Part shown: positions 19,344 to 29,605 of the stretch, one piece after another | How the letters are laid out: each line of letters opens with the position of its first letter | Numbering within the stretch: position 1 is the stretch's first letter | NCBI GenBank assembly: GCA_963702005.1 | Contig: OY969696.1 | Location: forward strand, 2,848,001 to 2,912,000 | DNA: 64,000 bases | Source: Candidatus Aminicenantes bacterium | Lineage (GTDB): Bacteria > Acidobacteriota > Aminicenantia > Aminicenantales > JAFGBC01 | Reading direction: 5' to 3' | Program-made: the position numbers and the translations under genes | Notes under the pieces: generated by a model | Seen by the model: only the letters and a program-made list of their open reading frames with translations | Databases searched by the model: none | What the model was told of the DNA's origin: nothing

Positions 19344-20689
19344 GAGTCCGCTCCCCTTTCCTCCTTCTTGAAACAGAGCCTGAATTCCGTCCCCTTTCCT
19401 TCCCGGCTGCGAACTTCGATCCCGCCGCCGCAGGATTCAACGACCCGCTTGACGAAGTGAAGGCCGAGCCCCATCCCCCGCTCCTTGGTCGTGAAGAAGG
19501 GCGTGAACAAGCGCTCCCGGTCCTTGGCGGAGATTCCCCGGCCGGTGTCCTTGACCTTGACCACGAACCAACGCGGGTCTGAAGCCATGGCCTGGAGATA
19601 GATCTTTCCTCCCTCGGGCGTCGCGTCCAGGGCGTTGTCGAGGAGGTTCCGGACCGCCTCTCCGACCTGAGTCGGATAGCCCATGATCCGGGGCATTGTC
19701 CGGGGAAGCCGGGCTCTGACGATGCGGCCCCGGCTCTTGGCCTGAAATCCCGGATCAGCGAAGGCGGACCTCAGGACCGGTTCCGGATCGAAGCCGGCCG
19801 CGGGCTTCTGCTCGAGCTTGAGGAGGTGGCCCAGCTTGTAGACGATGTCCTCGAGCCGCGTCGTTTCGGTCCGGATGATCTCCAGGTTGCGGCGCGACTT
19901 GCGCCGGTCGCCCTCGAAGCGGAGGAGCTGGTCCGTGAACCCGCCGATGGTCACCAGCGGGTTACGGAGCTGGTGGGTGACGTGCATGGCCATCTCGCCC
20001 ATGGCGGCGAACTTTTCCATCTCCAGCATCCGCTTGTGCAGGGTGGCCGTGTAGATGTAGTTCCCGGCGATCAGCCCGCAGATCGCGGCCAGCTTGACGT
20101 CCCGTTCCGCGATCGGACTCCGGGTGAAGGCGTTGTCGAGGATGATTTCGCCCAGGGGCTCGTCCGCGACGACGAGGGGAATGCAGACGAAATCCTCGAC
20201 GTCGATGACTTCGAGGAAACGCCGGTCCACCTCGGGTTCGCTCCGGGCGTCGCTGACCATGACGATCTCCCTGCGCTCAAGGGCGCGGGCCGGTATCCGG
20301 AGCCCGTTCTCGCCCAGCGGGAAGGACAGGCCCTTGATCCGGTCGCTCAGGGTCGCGCCCTCGCGGCTGAGAAGTGACCGGTTGTGCTCGACGATCTCGA
20401 TGTAGCCGATCCCCGGCGTCGACAGGATCTCCCAAATCGAGCGGGCTTCCTCGGACGTGGCCGGCCCGAGCCACATCTCGGCCTTGAGCCGGTCGCCTTC
20501 GGCCCGCAGGAGCATGGCCCGGTTGAACCCGACGCCCGAGCCCGAGGTCAAGGCCGTCAGGATGACGAGCAGGTTATCCTGGAGGGAGAAAGGCTGGAAA
20601 TAGCTCTGGGCGATGATCGAGAGGAGGACGAGTTCCTTGGGGGCGTCCCGTTCGATATCGCCCAGATAGAGCCCGCGGGTCTCGATCAT
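19340..20689 (-). CDS. GAF-domain sensor histidine kinase
   Basis: THQLRNPL H-box, NLLDNA, DTGRGI, PFFTTK, GMGLGL; cytoplasmic GAF-like N-terminus. Confidence 0.92.
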   Translation of the reverse strand: MIETRGLYLGDIERDAPKELVLLSIIAQSYFQPFSLQDNLLVILTALTSGSGVGFNRAMLLRAEGDRLKAEMWLGPATSEEARSIWEILSTPGIGYIEIVEHNRSLLSREGATLSDRIKGLSFPLGENGLRIPARALERREIVMVSDARSEPEVDRRFLEVIDVEDFVCIPLVVADEPLGEIILDNAFTRSPIAERDVKLAAICGLIAGNYIYTATLHKRMLEMEKFAAMGEMAMHVTHQLRNPLVTIGGFTDQLLRFEGDRRKSRRNLEIIRTETTRLEDIVYKLGHLLKLEQKPAAGFDPEPVLRSAFADPGFQAKSRGRIVRARLPRTMPRIMGYPTQVGEAVRNLLDNALDATPEGGKIYLQAMASDPRWFVVKVKDTGRGISAKDRERLFTPFFTTKERGMGLGLHFVKRVVESCGGGIEVRSREGKGTEFRLCFKKEERGADS

Positions 20690-21870
20690 TCAAGCTTCCA
20701 GCTCTTGGGGACGACCCGGATCTTCCCGGCGCTGAGCTTGAAATAGCGGGCGTCCTCCTTCTCATCGGCCCCGACGACGAATCCGTCCGGGATCCTGGCG
20801 AACTTATCGACGATGACGCCCTGGAGCCGGGCGTTGCGGCCGACCTCGGCGCCCTCGAACAGGATGGCCCCTTCGACCCGCGCCCCCTCGGCGACCTTGA
20901 CGCCGGGCGACAGGATGGCGTCCTGGAGGAGGCTGTCCTGGATAATGCAGCCCGAGGATACGATCGAGCTTCGGACGGCGCCCTTGCGGATGAAGCTCGC
21001 CGGATACTGGGGCTTGTAGGTCCGGATCGGCCAGGAAACGTCCTGGACGACCAGGGGCGGCGCCGGACTCAGGAAGAGCATGTTGGCCTTCCAGTAGGCG
21101 TCGATCGTCCCGATGTCTTCCCAGTAGCCCTCAAACGGGTAAGCGAACACGCGGCTCTCGTTGATGAGCCGGGGAAGGATGTCCTTGCCGAAATCATGGC
21201 TCGAGGCCGAGTCCTTGGCGTCCCGGAGGAGGGCCTTGATCAGGACGTGGGTCCGGAAGAGATACACGCCCATCGAGATCATGGTCGTTTCCGGATCCCA
21301 GGGCGTCCCGGGCGGATTCTTGGGCTTCTCGATGAAGCGGAGGATGCGATTCTGGGCATCGCCCTCGATGACCCCGAACCGGCCCGCTTCGGAGCGGGGC
21401 TTGAGCTTGGCCAGGACGACGGCGTCGGCCTTGTTTTCGTTATAGAACTCGATGATGGGCCGATAGTCCGACTTGTAGACATGATCGCCCGATAAGACCA
21501 GGACGGCCTCGGGATTCTCCTGCTGAATCGTATAGATGTTCTGGAACACGGCGTCGGCCGTCCCCTCGTACCAGTGGTCGGCGACCCGGCCCTGGGCCGG
21601 AAGCGAGATGATATAGCCCTTGCTCTCGGGATGGAAGATGTTCCAGCCGTTGAGGATATGCCGTTCCAGGGATAGAGATTTATACTGGGTCAGCAGGGCG
21701 ATCTTGCGCAGCTCGGAGTTGAGGCAGTTCGACAGGCTGAAATCGATGATCCGGTAGCTGCCCAGGAAGGGGACCGACGGCTTGGCTCGGTCCCGGGTCA
21801 GGGGATAGAGCCTCTCCCCTTTCCCGCCGCAGAGAATCATGACCAGGATCTTTTCAGACGATACGGCCAT
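20686..21870 (-). CDS. glgC: Glucose-1-phosphate adenylyltransferase
   Basis: GGKGERLYPLT..RAKP.VPF, GTADAV.QN, SGDHVY, FIEKP, DFGKD, YWEDIGT. Confidence 0.95.
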   Translation of the reverse strand: MAVSSEKILVMILCGGKGERLYPLTRDRAKPSVPFLGSYRIIDFSLSNCLNSELRKIALLTQYKSLSLERHILNGWNIFHPESKGYIISLPAQGRVADHWYEGTADAVFQNIYTIQQENPEAVLVLSGDHVYKSDYRPIIEFYNENKADAVVLAKLKPRSEAGRFGVIEGDAQNRILRFIEKPKNPPGTPWDPETTMISMGVYLFRTHVLIKALLRDAKDSASSHDFGKDILPRLINESRVFAYPFEGYWEDIGTIDAYWKANMLFLSPAPPLVVQDVSWPIRTYKPQYPASFIRKGAVRSSIVSSGCIIQDSLLQDAILSPGVKVAEGARVEGAILFEGAEVGRNARLQGVIVDKFARIPDGFVVGADEKEDARYFKLSAGKIRVVPKSWKLE

Positions 21871-23506
21871 CGGGCGTCACGACCTCCTCGAACAGCCGGT
21901 CTTCGTTCTCCCAAACCCCGAGCAGGGCTGACTCCTCTCCGCTGAGGACCGTCCCGCGCCGGATCCAGCCGGCCAGGGTCGATGCCCGCTCGAAATGTCC
22001 GGCGGCCCGGTTCTCGGCGTAGTCGCGGGCCGACCAAGTCGAGATGAGAAAAGGCCAGTCGGAGCTTTCGAGCAGGAATTTTTCGCGGATGAACTGCCGC
22101 CAGAGCCGAGCGTCGCGGGGAGCCGGACGTCGGCTCAGGTCTTCCCAGTCCGCCTCGATCGCGTAGATCTTTTCCCAGATCCAGGATGTGTCCTTGTTGA
22201 GCCAGATCCAGTGGAAACCGCCCTCGCCCCAGGATCCTTCGGGAAGGGCGACCACGGTCCGGGCCGGAATCCGCTCCAGGGCGCGGCTCCCGTTCAAGGG
22301 CTTGACTCCGCTCTCCTGGAGTTTTTTAAGGACGAGATAGATCCATTCAGGCCCTTCGAACCACCAATGGCCGAAGAGCTCCGTGTCGTACATGCCGGTT
22401 ATTATCCCGGACTCGCGTCCCTTGAGGGTTTCGTTGAGAAGTTGGACAAAATGGGAGGCATGGGCCTCAATCCGCTCCCGGGCCGAAGCCGGATCATAGA
22501 GGGCTTTATCGCCGAGGCCGGCCTCGCTCGAGGTGATCCGCCAGTACCTCATGCCGCCCGGAAAGTGCTTTTTATGGAACTCGAGGTACGCGCCGTCGCC
22601 CGGGTAGCCGAGGTTTCGGCTCCAGACCTGAGAGCCTGTGACCTCGTCCCGGACAAAGAAGGCTGTGTTCGAAGGGTGGGCTCGGTAAGGAAGATAGGGA
22701 TCCTTGCCCGACTCCTCGCCCGGCTTGTACTCCCCCTGGAACTTCTCCCAGAGCAGGCCGAGCGCCGGGAAGCGGTCCGCGTAGACGCCCTTGGCCTGGC
22801 CGCCCTTGAGAAGGTGGCCGTCCACGTAGAAAAATTCCAGCCCTTCGGCCCCAAGGATTTCATCGACGCCGCGGCGATCATAGGGACGGGCCTCGCCGAA
22901 GGGAGGCTTCCAGGCATAGCCGGGGCGGTAAGAGCATTCCGGGATCCAGAATCCCGAGGGATCGCGCCCGAAGAAACGGCGGTAGGTGTGGATTCCTTGC
23001 CGGACTTGATGCCGGATGCTCTCGTCCCGGGAAAGGAGGGCGAAATAACCGTGGGTCGCGGCCGAGGTCAGGATCTCGATCGAACCCGCGTCCTGGAGCC
23101 GGCCGAAAGCCTTGATGAGATCCCCGCCGTAGCGGCCCAGGAAGTCTTCCAGGACTTTTCCGTACCATTTCTCCCAGAACACGGTCAGCCGGACGAGGTC
23201 GGCCCGGCCCGTCCGCTCGAAATAGACCCGGTCCTCGGCCGTGATCTTGAGCTTCATCCGGAGATAATCCTCGAAGCCCGAACGGAAAGACTCGCTCTTC
23301 AGCTGGTCGGCCAGGACTGGGGTAAGCCCGAAATTGACGCTGGCCGGAACCCCCTCGTCGGCCAAACGGTTAAAGGCGCCGAGAAGGGGCAGGTAGCTCT
23401 CGGCCGCCGCCTCGAAGAGCCAGTCCATGCCGTGTGGCCAGGAGCCGTGGGCCAGGACATAAGGAATGTGGCTGTGAAGAACGAGTGAAAAATATTTATC
23501 GGCCAT
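21854..23506 (-). CDS. GH57 1,4-alpha-glucan branching enzyme
   Basis: LHSHIPYV, ATHGY, WIPECSY, YLEFHKK, DTELFGHWWFEG, SSDWPF. Confidence 0.9.
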   Translation of the reverse strand: MADKYFSLVLHSHIPYVLAHGSWPHGMDWLFEAAAESYLPLLGAFNRLADEGVPASVNFGLTPVLADQLKSESFRSGFEDYLRMKLKITAEDRVYFERTGRADLVRLTVFWEKWYGKVLEDFLGRYGGDLIKAFGRLQDAGSIEILTSAATHGYFALLSRDESIRHQVRQGIHTYRRFFGRDPSGFWIPECSYRPGYAWKPPFGEARPYDRRGVDEILGAEGLEFFYVDGHLLKGGQAKGVYADRFPALGLLWEKFQGEYKPGEESGKDPYLPYRAHPSNTAFFVRDEVTGSQVWSRNLGYPGDGAYLEFHKKHFPGGMRYWRITSSEAGLGDKALYDPASARERIEAHASHFVQLLNETLKGRESGIITGMYDTELFGHWWFEGPEWIYLVLKKLQESGVKPLNGSRALERIPARTVVALPEGSWGEGGFHWIWLNKDTSWIWEKIYAIEADWEDLSRRPAPRDARLWRQFIREKFLLESSDWPFLISTWSARDYAENRAAGHFERASTLAGWIRRGTVLSGEESALLGVWENEDRLFEEVVTPDGRIV

Positions 23507-25452
23507 GGCCGTCCTTAAGTATGATCTCCCTCGCGGCGCTGCCTCCCGCGCTCAGACTCAGCCGCCAGAGGGGAATGAGGCAGATGCCCTGATGGATTAT
23601 ATCATACCCGCTCTCGGACTGGGAAAGCGTCCTGAGGGGAAAATGCCAGAGGGCGTCCGGCGCCGAGGCTTCCCAGACAAGCCGGTTCATGAAGACGGCC
23701 CGGCCGCCCGCGGGCTCGAACTCGAACGGGAACAGCGAGACGTTCGATTCGGACGCGAACAGGACGGAAATGGCCCGGCCGGACAGGTTCTCGATCCGAT
23801 AGGCGATCCGGATGATTCGATCGCCCGGGGTGATAGTCTTCGTCAACAAGACGGGCAGCCTGTCCTCTTCAACCCAGACCGAACCGCGCCGCGACAGGAC
23901 GGCGGCCGCCCCAGCGAGGGTCCAATCATAGGGCTGGATGACGAAGTCGCCCTGCTCGCCGTAATCGACTCTCCGGAAGCTCTCCAGCGTCGTATCGGGA
24001 TGCAGGAAATGGTCGAGGAGCGACAAGCGGGAATACCAGTCGGGGCGGAGAAGGTCCTCGGCCTCGGGAGGAACCCTGCGGCTGAGCTCGTGTATGCTTC
24101 CGCCTTCTTCGGACGGCGCTTGCCCATCGAAAGCATGGTAGGATTCCTTCCGCCGGGCCAGGACATCCGAGATGTTGCGGCTCGCCGGCATGAAGTCGCA
24201 CTCGGCCAAGCTCCCGCCGTAAGCCGGCTTGAGGATGAGCTGGAAAGCCGGGCCGCGCCAGATGAGCTCGGGGCGTCCGTCGAGGTCGAAGTCGATCTCC
24301 TGCCAGCCCGGCGCCGGGGGAAGTTTTTTCTCGGCTTCGATCAGATGGCGGTAGGCGGCCTGGCGCAGGTGGGGCAGATAGAGACCGCCGAAAACGCCGT
24401 GCCAGTAGGGATCGTTGCATTGACCTTTATAGAGCTCCAGCTTCGCGCCGGCGGCCGCCGGATGCCGCTCGACCTCGGCCGAGACGAGGAGCATCCTCTT
24501 GTGGAGATGGTTCGCTTCGGGATACTTGAGGAAAAATTCGCGGAAGAATCCCCCACGCAGGAAGCGCCGGGCCTCGGCCGGCGCTTTGGCTTTAAGGTCC
24601 TTGAACGCCGCATAGTCCCGAGGCTCGAGGACCCACTCCATCATTTCCTCGTAGGACGCGGGCGGGAGATAGACCCTGCCGGCCGGAGCGGCCGCGTCCA
24701 GGTATTCGGAAAAGGTTCGGGTCCGGATCCCCTCGCGTTCGACGAATTCGAGGAACCGCCGTAGCCAGCCTTCCTCGTAAACCCATTTTTTCGTCCCGGG
24801 CCAGAGGCCGAACTTCTCGCCGTCGTCGCCCAGGATGGCCGCGCCCCCCCCGCCTCGATCTCTTCCAGGGCGGCTTTGACCTCTTCGAGGGGACGGAAGG
24901 GAATGAGATAGCGGAGCTTCTTGTCGATCGGGAAAAGATGGAGAGGGCGCCCCTCGTCCTCCGTGATGTAATGGGCGTGGATGTCGGTGACCCCCCCATC
25001 CGGAAATGCTCCTCGTCAAGAAGCGTGTAGGCGATTCCCCGCTCGGCCAGCGTCCGGGGCAGCTGGGGCTCCCAAACCCGCTCTGTCAGCCAGAGCCCGC
25101 GCGGCCGGCGCTTGAAGTTCCTCTCCAGGAAGTTGTTCATGAGCTCGATCTGGCCCGCCCTGTCCCGCTCGGGGATGACGGCCAGGATGGGTTCGTAGTA
25201 GCCGCCGCTCAAGAGCTCGACCTGGCCCCGTTCCGCCATGAGCTCGACCAAGGCCCAGCACTCCCTCTCCTTGTCTTTCATGCGATCCCAGAGGGGCCCG
25301 GAGAAATGGAGCGCGAACTTGAAAAAGGGATAATCGGCGACGGTCCGCAGGAAGGGAAGGTAGCAGTCCCGGAAGGCCATGTCAAAGACGTCGTCGAAAT
25401 TCCCGACCGGCTGGTGGTTGTGGACGGCGAAGAGAAAGCTTAGATTTTTCAT
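23496..25452 (-). CDS. GH57 alpha-amylase/4-alpha-glucanotransferase, two frameshifts in G tracts
   Basis: HNHQPVGN, GGYYEP, WLTERVW; middle frame FPIDKKLRYLIPF; DDGEKFG.WP, QCND.YWHGVFGGLY, SQSE.G; shifts at about 24994 and 24847. Confidence 0.85.
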
Positions 25453-26777
25453 CGCGACCCGCCTCCGAGGCCGGCGTCGCGCCGGGCCTTGTCGAGATAG
25501 GAATGAAACAGGATGTCGAAGTCCGGCTGCTCGGCCTCGCCCGCCCACCAGAACCAGTCCGAGCCTTCGGCGGCGTAGACGGCCTCGCTCGGCCCGCAGG
25601 CCTCGCGGACGCGCGCCAGGAGCTCCCAACTCGCGTTCTTGGCGGGGTGGCCGGCCCACTTGGCGAAGCCTCCCAGCCAGGTTCCGGGGACGAGGTCCAA
25701 CTCCCGGGCCGGCCAATGGCGGGCCAGGTATCGGCTGAACAGGATGGGTTCGATCCCCGGTGTCGTTAGAAGCCGCTCGTAAAGCCTTCGCAGGAAGGGA
25801 ACGCCGTTGTCCTTGTAGGACTCCCAGCAGTTCTCACCGTCGAGGGCGATGACGCACAGGGCGTCCTCGGGGAGACCGTTCGCCTTTTCCGAGAGCCTGC
25901 GGACAAGGTCCTCGACGGCCTCGCGATCGTCCCATTTCTGGTAGACGAACCCGATGAGGTCCGAGAGCTCCCGCTCCCGGAAGAAAACGGTCAGCCCTTC
26001 GCAGGTATAAGGCCGGAAAAGCTCCTCGGGACGGCGCGGCTCGGGAAGGCTTTCCCAGAGGATATTCTCGTCCGTGACGGTGAATTGGAAGCCGGTGCGG
26101 GCGGCCGCCCGGCAGACCTCCCGGCTCAAGCCGCCTTCGGAAGGCCAAAGCCCGGCCGGGGCCGCGCCCATCATGCTCTCGAAATAAGCCCGGCCGTTCC
26201 GGAGCTGCGCTTCGCCGTCCTCGGGATAGCGGAACGCGAATCCCGGGCCGGCCTCGACGCCGGCGACGCCCAGATCGAAGACGAGCGGCAGGAGAGGATG
26301 ATAATAAGGGGACGTCATGAGCTCGACCGTCCCCTTGCGTCCGAGGTCGCGGACGGTGGGGATGATTCCGCGCAGGATGGTCTCCTGGATGTCAAGGAGC
26401 TCATCTTTATCCCGGCCCGCGGCCGAGAGAGGATTGAAGCAGGAGCGCAGGGCCCTCATCTGGAGGAAGTCGGACCGCTTCTTGTCCGGCGCGAGCTTCC
26501 GAAGAATCTCGTTGTCTTCGGATGTTAAATCTTCGGGCTTCTTCCTGACGGCTTTGAGAAAGCGGTCGTCGGCGCGGCCTTCGGCGTAATCCTCGATCTG
26601 CTCCAGAAGGCAGGGCACGAAATTAAAGGCGCAGGGGAATTCGGCCTCCCCGACGATGAGGGCCATCTGATGATAATTCTTGGTTGCGTGGAAAAGAACC
26701 CAGGGCAGAAGGTATTCCCTCGTTTCGGCGTGACGGTAGATCGGCTGGTGGAAGTGCCAGAGCAGGGATAAATGCAC
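25449..26777 (-). CDS. GH57 glycoside hydrolase (amylopullulanase-like)
   Basis: WHFHQP, PYYHPLLPL, GLWPSEG, LDGENCW, EGSDWFWW. Confidence 0.88.
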   Translation of the reverse strand: MHLSLLWHFHQPIYRHAETREYLLPWVLFHATKNYHQMALIVGEAEFPCAFNFVPCLLEQIEDYAEGRADDRFLKAVRKKPEDLTSEDNEILRKLAPDKKRSDFLQMRALRSCFNPLSAAGRDKDELLDIQETILRGIIPTVRDLGRKGTVELMTSPYYHPLLPLVFDLGVAGVEAGPGFAFRYPEDGEAQLRNGRAYFESMMGAAPAGLWPSEGGLSREVCRAAARTGFQFTVTDENILWESLPEPRRPEELFRPYTCEGLTVFFRERELSDLIGFVYQKWDDREAVEDLVRRLSEKANGLPEDALCVIALDGENCWESYKDNGVPFLRRLYERLLTTPGIEPILFSRYLARHWPARELDLVPGTWLGGFAKWAGHPAKNASWELLARVREACGPSEAVYAAEGSDWFWWAGEAEQPDFDILFHSYLDKARRDAGLGGGSR

Positions 26778-26820
26778 GGCCCGATCGTCCTCGTTAAATT
26801 AAGATTTTTGAAGGAGATGC

Positions 26821-26850
26821 TTTATAGCACGGCGGCCCGCAGAATGTCAA
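26821..26850 (-). promoter_or_regulatory. Sigma70-like promoter of the GH57/glgC operon
   Basis: Minus strand TTGACA, 18 bp, TATAAA with extended TG. Confidence 0.55.
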
Positions 26851-26851
26851 A

Positions 26852-28276
26852 CTACAGGCCCTGCTGGGCGATGACGTAGGCCGTGACGGCGAGGGCGATC
26901 GCCCCCAGCTCGAGCTCCCGGGGATGGACGGCGGCCAGGACGTCGAGGGCCGAATGGTGGTAATCAAAATAGCGGTGGGCCGCCACCGAGAGGCCTCCCA
27001 TAATGGTCCCCCGCTCCGCCAGCGGCCCGACATCGACGCCTCCCCCGCCCGGGACGATGCCCGAAACCACCCCCAGGGACGCGATGAGAGGGCTCCATTT
27101 CTGGAACTTGCGGAAAAAGCCCGGGCTTCCGCCCAATCCGACGGCCATCGGCAGAAATCCGCCCTGGTCCGATTCGAAGGCGACAAGATGCTTCTCCCCT
27201 TTCCGTTCCGGAGCGTTCGCATAGAAGCGTCCTCCCGTCCCTCCGAATTCCTCGTCGATGAACAGGACGGCCCTGATGGTCCGCTTGGGGGCAAGCCCGA
27301 CGGCCTTGATGAGCCGGAGGGCTTCGACGGCGTGGGCGCAGCCCGCCCCATCGTCATGGGCGCCCTGCCCCAAGTCCCAGGCGTCGATGTGGCCGCCGAT
27401 CAGAATGATCTCCTCCGGCCGCTCCGAGCCGGGGATCTCCCCGACCAAGTTTGCGGACGGCACGGGACCGTCATCCCTGCAGTCGAGGAACAGCCGAACC
27501 GCGGCCTCGGGTTCCTCCCGCAGGATCCCGCTCAGGCGGTCCGCGTCCTCGGTAGCGACGGCCGCGGCCGGGATCCGTGGAACTCCGTCTTCGTATCGCA
27601 TGAGACCCGTGTGGGGGTATCGGTCGCGGCGGAACGTCAATGACCGGACGAGCACGGCGACGGCTCCGCGCTTGGCCGCTTCGGCCGCCCCGCGAACCCG
27701 CTGGTCCGCGTCCGCGCCGTAGGCCCGGAAGGGTTCGAGAATGGTCCTATCCATGGGCCTGTTGAAGAAAATGATTTTCCCCCGCGCCCGCTGTCCCAGG
27801 CCGGCAAGCTCCTCGAAGGATTTGACTTCGACGACCGGCGCTTCGATTCCGGCAACGGGCGTTCCGACACTCCCGCCCAGGGCGCAGACGGCCAGATCAC
27901 AGGCCGCCCGCTGCGGGGAAGCCACAAGGGAAGCGGTTTCGGCGCCGCGGACCCAGCGATTGACGGTCACGGGCTCGAGATGGACATTACTAAATCCGAG
28001 GTCGAGCATGACGCCGCGCATGTGCTCGAGGGCCGCTTCGGCTCCGGGGGAGCCGGTGAGCCTGGATCCGGCCGACTCGATCAGCCCTCTGAGCACGTCA
28101 TAGGCTTTCTCCTCGCTAAGGCCCATCGCGAGAATCCGCCGGGCCGCTTCTTGGGGTGAGATCGCTTTGGCTGGACGGCCAGATACAATTAAGTTATTGA
28201 TTATAATTAATATAAAAAGATAGGCGAGACTTCTCGAAATAACTCCGACCAGCGCTCCGGGACGACGGACGGCCAT
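26852..28276 (-). CDS. M28 family peptidase (carboxypeptidase Q-like, PA domain)
   Basis: GSRLTGS, GGHIDAWD, GAHDDGAG, DEE.G, ESD.G, YFDYHH. Confidence 0.9.
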   Translation of the reverse strand: MAVRRPGALVGVISRSLAYLFILIIINNLIVSGRPAKAISPQEAARRILAMGLSEEKAYDVLRGLIESAGSRLTGSPGAEAALEHMRGVMLDLGFSNVHLEPVTVNRWVRGAETASLVASPQRAACDLAVCALGGSVGTPVAGIEAPVVEVKSFEELAGLGQRARGKIIFFNRPMDRTILEPFRAYGADADQRVRGAAEAAKRGAVAVLVRSLTFRRDRYPHTGLMRYEDGVPRIPAAAVATEDADRLSGILREEPEAAVRLFLDCRDDGPVPSANLVGEIPGSERPEEIILIGGHIDAWDLGQGAHDDGAGCAHAVEALRLIKAVGLAPKRTIRAVLFIDEEFGGTGGRFYANAPERKGEKHLVAFESDQGGFLPMAVGLGGSPGFFRKFQKWSPLIASLGVVSGIVPGGGGVDVGPLAERGTIMGGLSVAAHRYFDYHHSALDVLAAVHPRELELGAIALAVTAYVIAQQGL

Positions 28277-29086
28277 TTATATCTTGACCACGAAAGAGCT
28301 GAGGAAGTAGATGTCGGTGGGCTTGTAGCCGACCACGGGCTGATTATCGTAGGTAACCTGAAGGCTTGTCTTCAGGGCCAGGGAGGGGCTTATAGCCGCG
28401 GACAGCGAGGAGTAGGAATTGACCCGGAATCCCCTGAGGTCTTTGAGGTTGCTGAACATCACGCCCTGGATGGTGATCTGGGCCGTCTCCGAAACATTAT
28501 AGATGAGCTTGTGGCTCATGATGGACGATAAAAAATTCGTCTTGCGCGTCGTCGCTTCCGAACCGGCTTGAGGGGACGGGACGACGTTATTTTCGCCGCC
28601 CCAGCCCAACGAGACCTCGGACGAGACATCGACCTTGTTGTCCTTCTTGATCCAGGTGTAGCCGCCGCCCGTCGTCACCGAGACGCGGGACATATAGCCT
28701 GCCGAGGTATTTCTCTCGACACGGGTCAGGCCGAGGAGGTAGGCCCGGGCGCTGAGCTGGCGATCGTACTTGACGTGGGCATAGTAAATGCCCGAGCGGG
28801 GTTGATGGTTGGAGCGGGAGTAAATGGCGCTGCCCTTGAAGTTCAAAGCGTTTTTTCCCAGGGCCAGGTTCTGGTCGGTGTCCACGCTGTAAGAAAGGTT
28901 CTGGTTGTTGCCTCTGGTGAAAAGCAGGGAAAAGCTCGTCGAGGAAAAATAGGGCTTGGCCTGCGCGGCCGGGGCCGTCGCTACCGCTTGCGCCGCATCC
29001 TGGGCGCGGAGACCGAGCCCGGCGACGACCAGGACGGCTGCCCCGAGCGCGATCCGCGCGCTAACCTTGGTCCTTTTTCGATTCAT
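28277..29086 (-). CDS. DUF481/YdiY-like outer membrane beta-barrel
   Basis: Signal peptide, TRGN motif, amphipathic strands, YDNQP near C-terminus. Confidence 0.75.
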   Translation of the reverse strand: MNRKRTKVSARIALGAAVLVVAGLGLRAQDAAQAVATAPAAQAKPYFSSTSFSLLFTRGNNQNLSYSVDTDQNLALGKNALNFKGSAIYSRSNHQPRSGIYYAHVKYDRQLSARAYLLGLTRVERNTSAGYMSRVSVTTGGGYTWIKKDNKVDVSSEVSLGWGGENNVVPSPQAGSEATTRKTNFLSSIMSHKLIYNVSETAQITIQGVMFSNLKDLRGFRVNSYSSLSAAISPSLALKTSLQVTYDNQPVVGYKPTDIYFLSSFVVKI

Positions 29087-29571
29087 GGTTGTCTCCCGAT
29101 CCTGAAAAAAAGCCAATTCCCGTGCTCGACTTTTTCGCCGGGCTTGGGCTTGAGTTTGATGAGGGCAAAGACGCCCTTGAGCTTTCGTCCCCGGAGCTCG
29201 ACGACCCGTTTTCCGGCCGTGGTTACGAGCGGAAGATAGGTCCCCTTATCCCAGATCCGGACGTTCCCGGCTCCATACTCCCCTTCCGGGATGACGCCCT
29301 CGAAGGCCTCGTAGCCCAACGGATGGTCTTCGGTCTCTATGGCCAGGCGCTTCTCGCCCTCGGCCAGCGTCGGGACTTTGGGGATGGCCCAGCTCTTGAG
29401 GACGCCGCCCTCTTCGAGACGCAGGTCGAAGTGAAGATGGGATGCGCTGTGCTTCTGAATGGCGTAGGCCAACGCTCGACGCGATTGGGCGGAAGCCGTT
29501 CGGGTTCGGGAAGACTTGGGCTCGGACGTTTTTTTGAAGTCTCTCTTGGACTTGTATTCCTTCAAGCTCAT
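29083..29571 (-). CDS. Stand-alone LigD-type DNA 3'-phosphoesterase
   Basis: YxxKRDF..T.EP, IQKH.A.HLHFDLRLE, LKSWAIPK, EDHP..Y..FEG.IP...YGAG. Confidence 0.9.
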   Translation of the reverse strand: MSLKEYKSKRDFKKTSEPKSSRTRTASAQSRRALAYAIQKHSASHLHFDLRLEEGGVLKSWAIPKVPTLAEGEKRLAIETEDHPLGYEAFEGVIPEGEYGAGNVRIWDKGTYLPLVTTAGKRVVELRGRKLKGVFALIKLKPKPGEKVEHGNWLFFRIGRQP

Positions 29572-29605
29572 GATCAGATCCTTGCCGAAGAACGCCGGCG
29601 CGGAA

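Noticed and set aside
28185-28225. Very AT-rich stretch as possible origin or regulatory site
   Set aside because: Explained by Ile/Leu/Asn codons of the M28 peptidase signal region; no DnaA boxes or repeats
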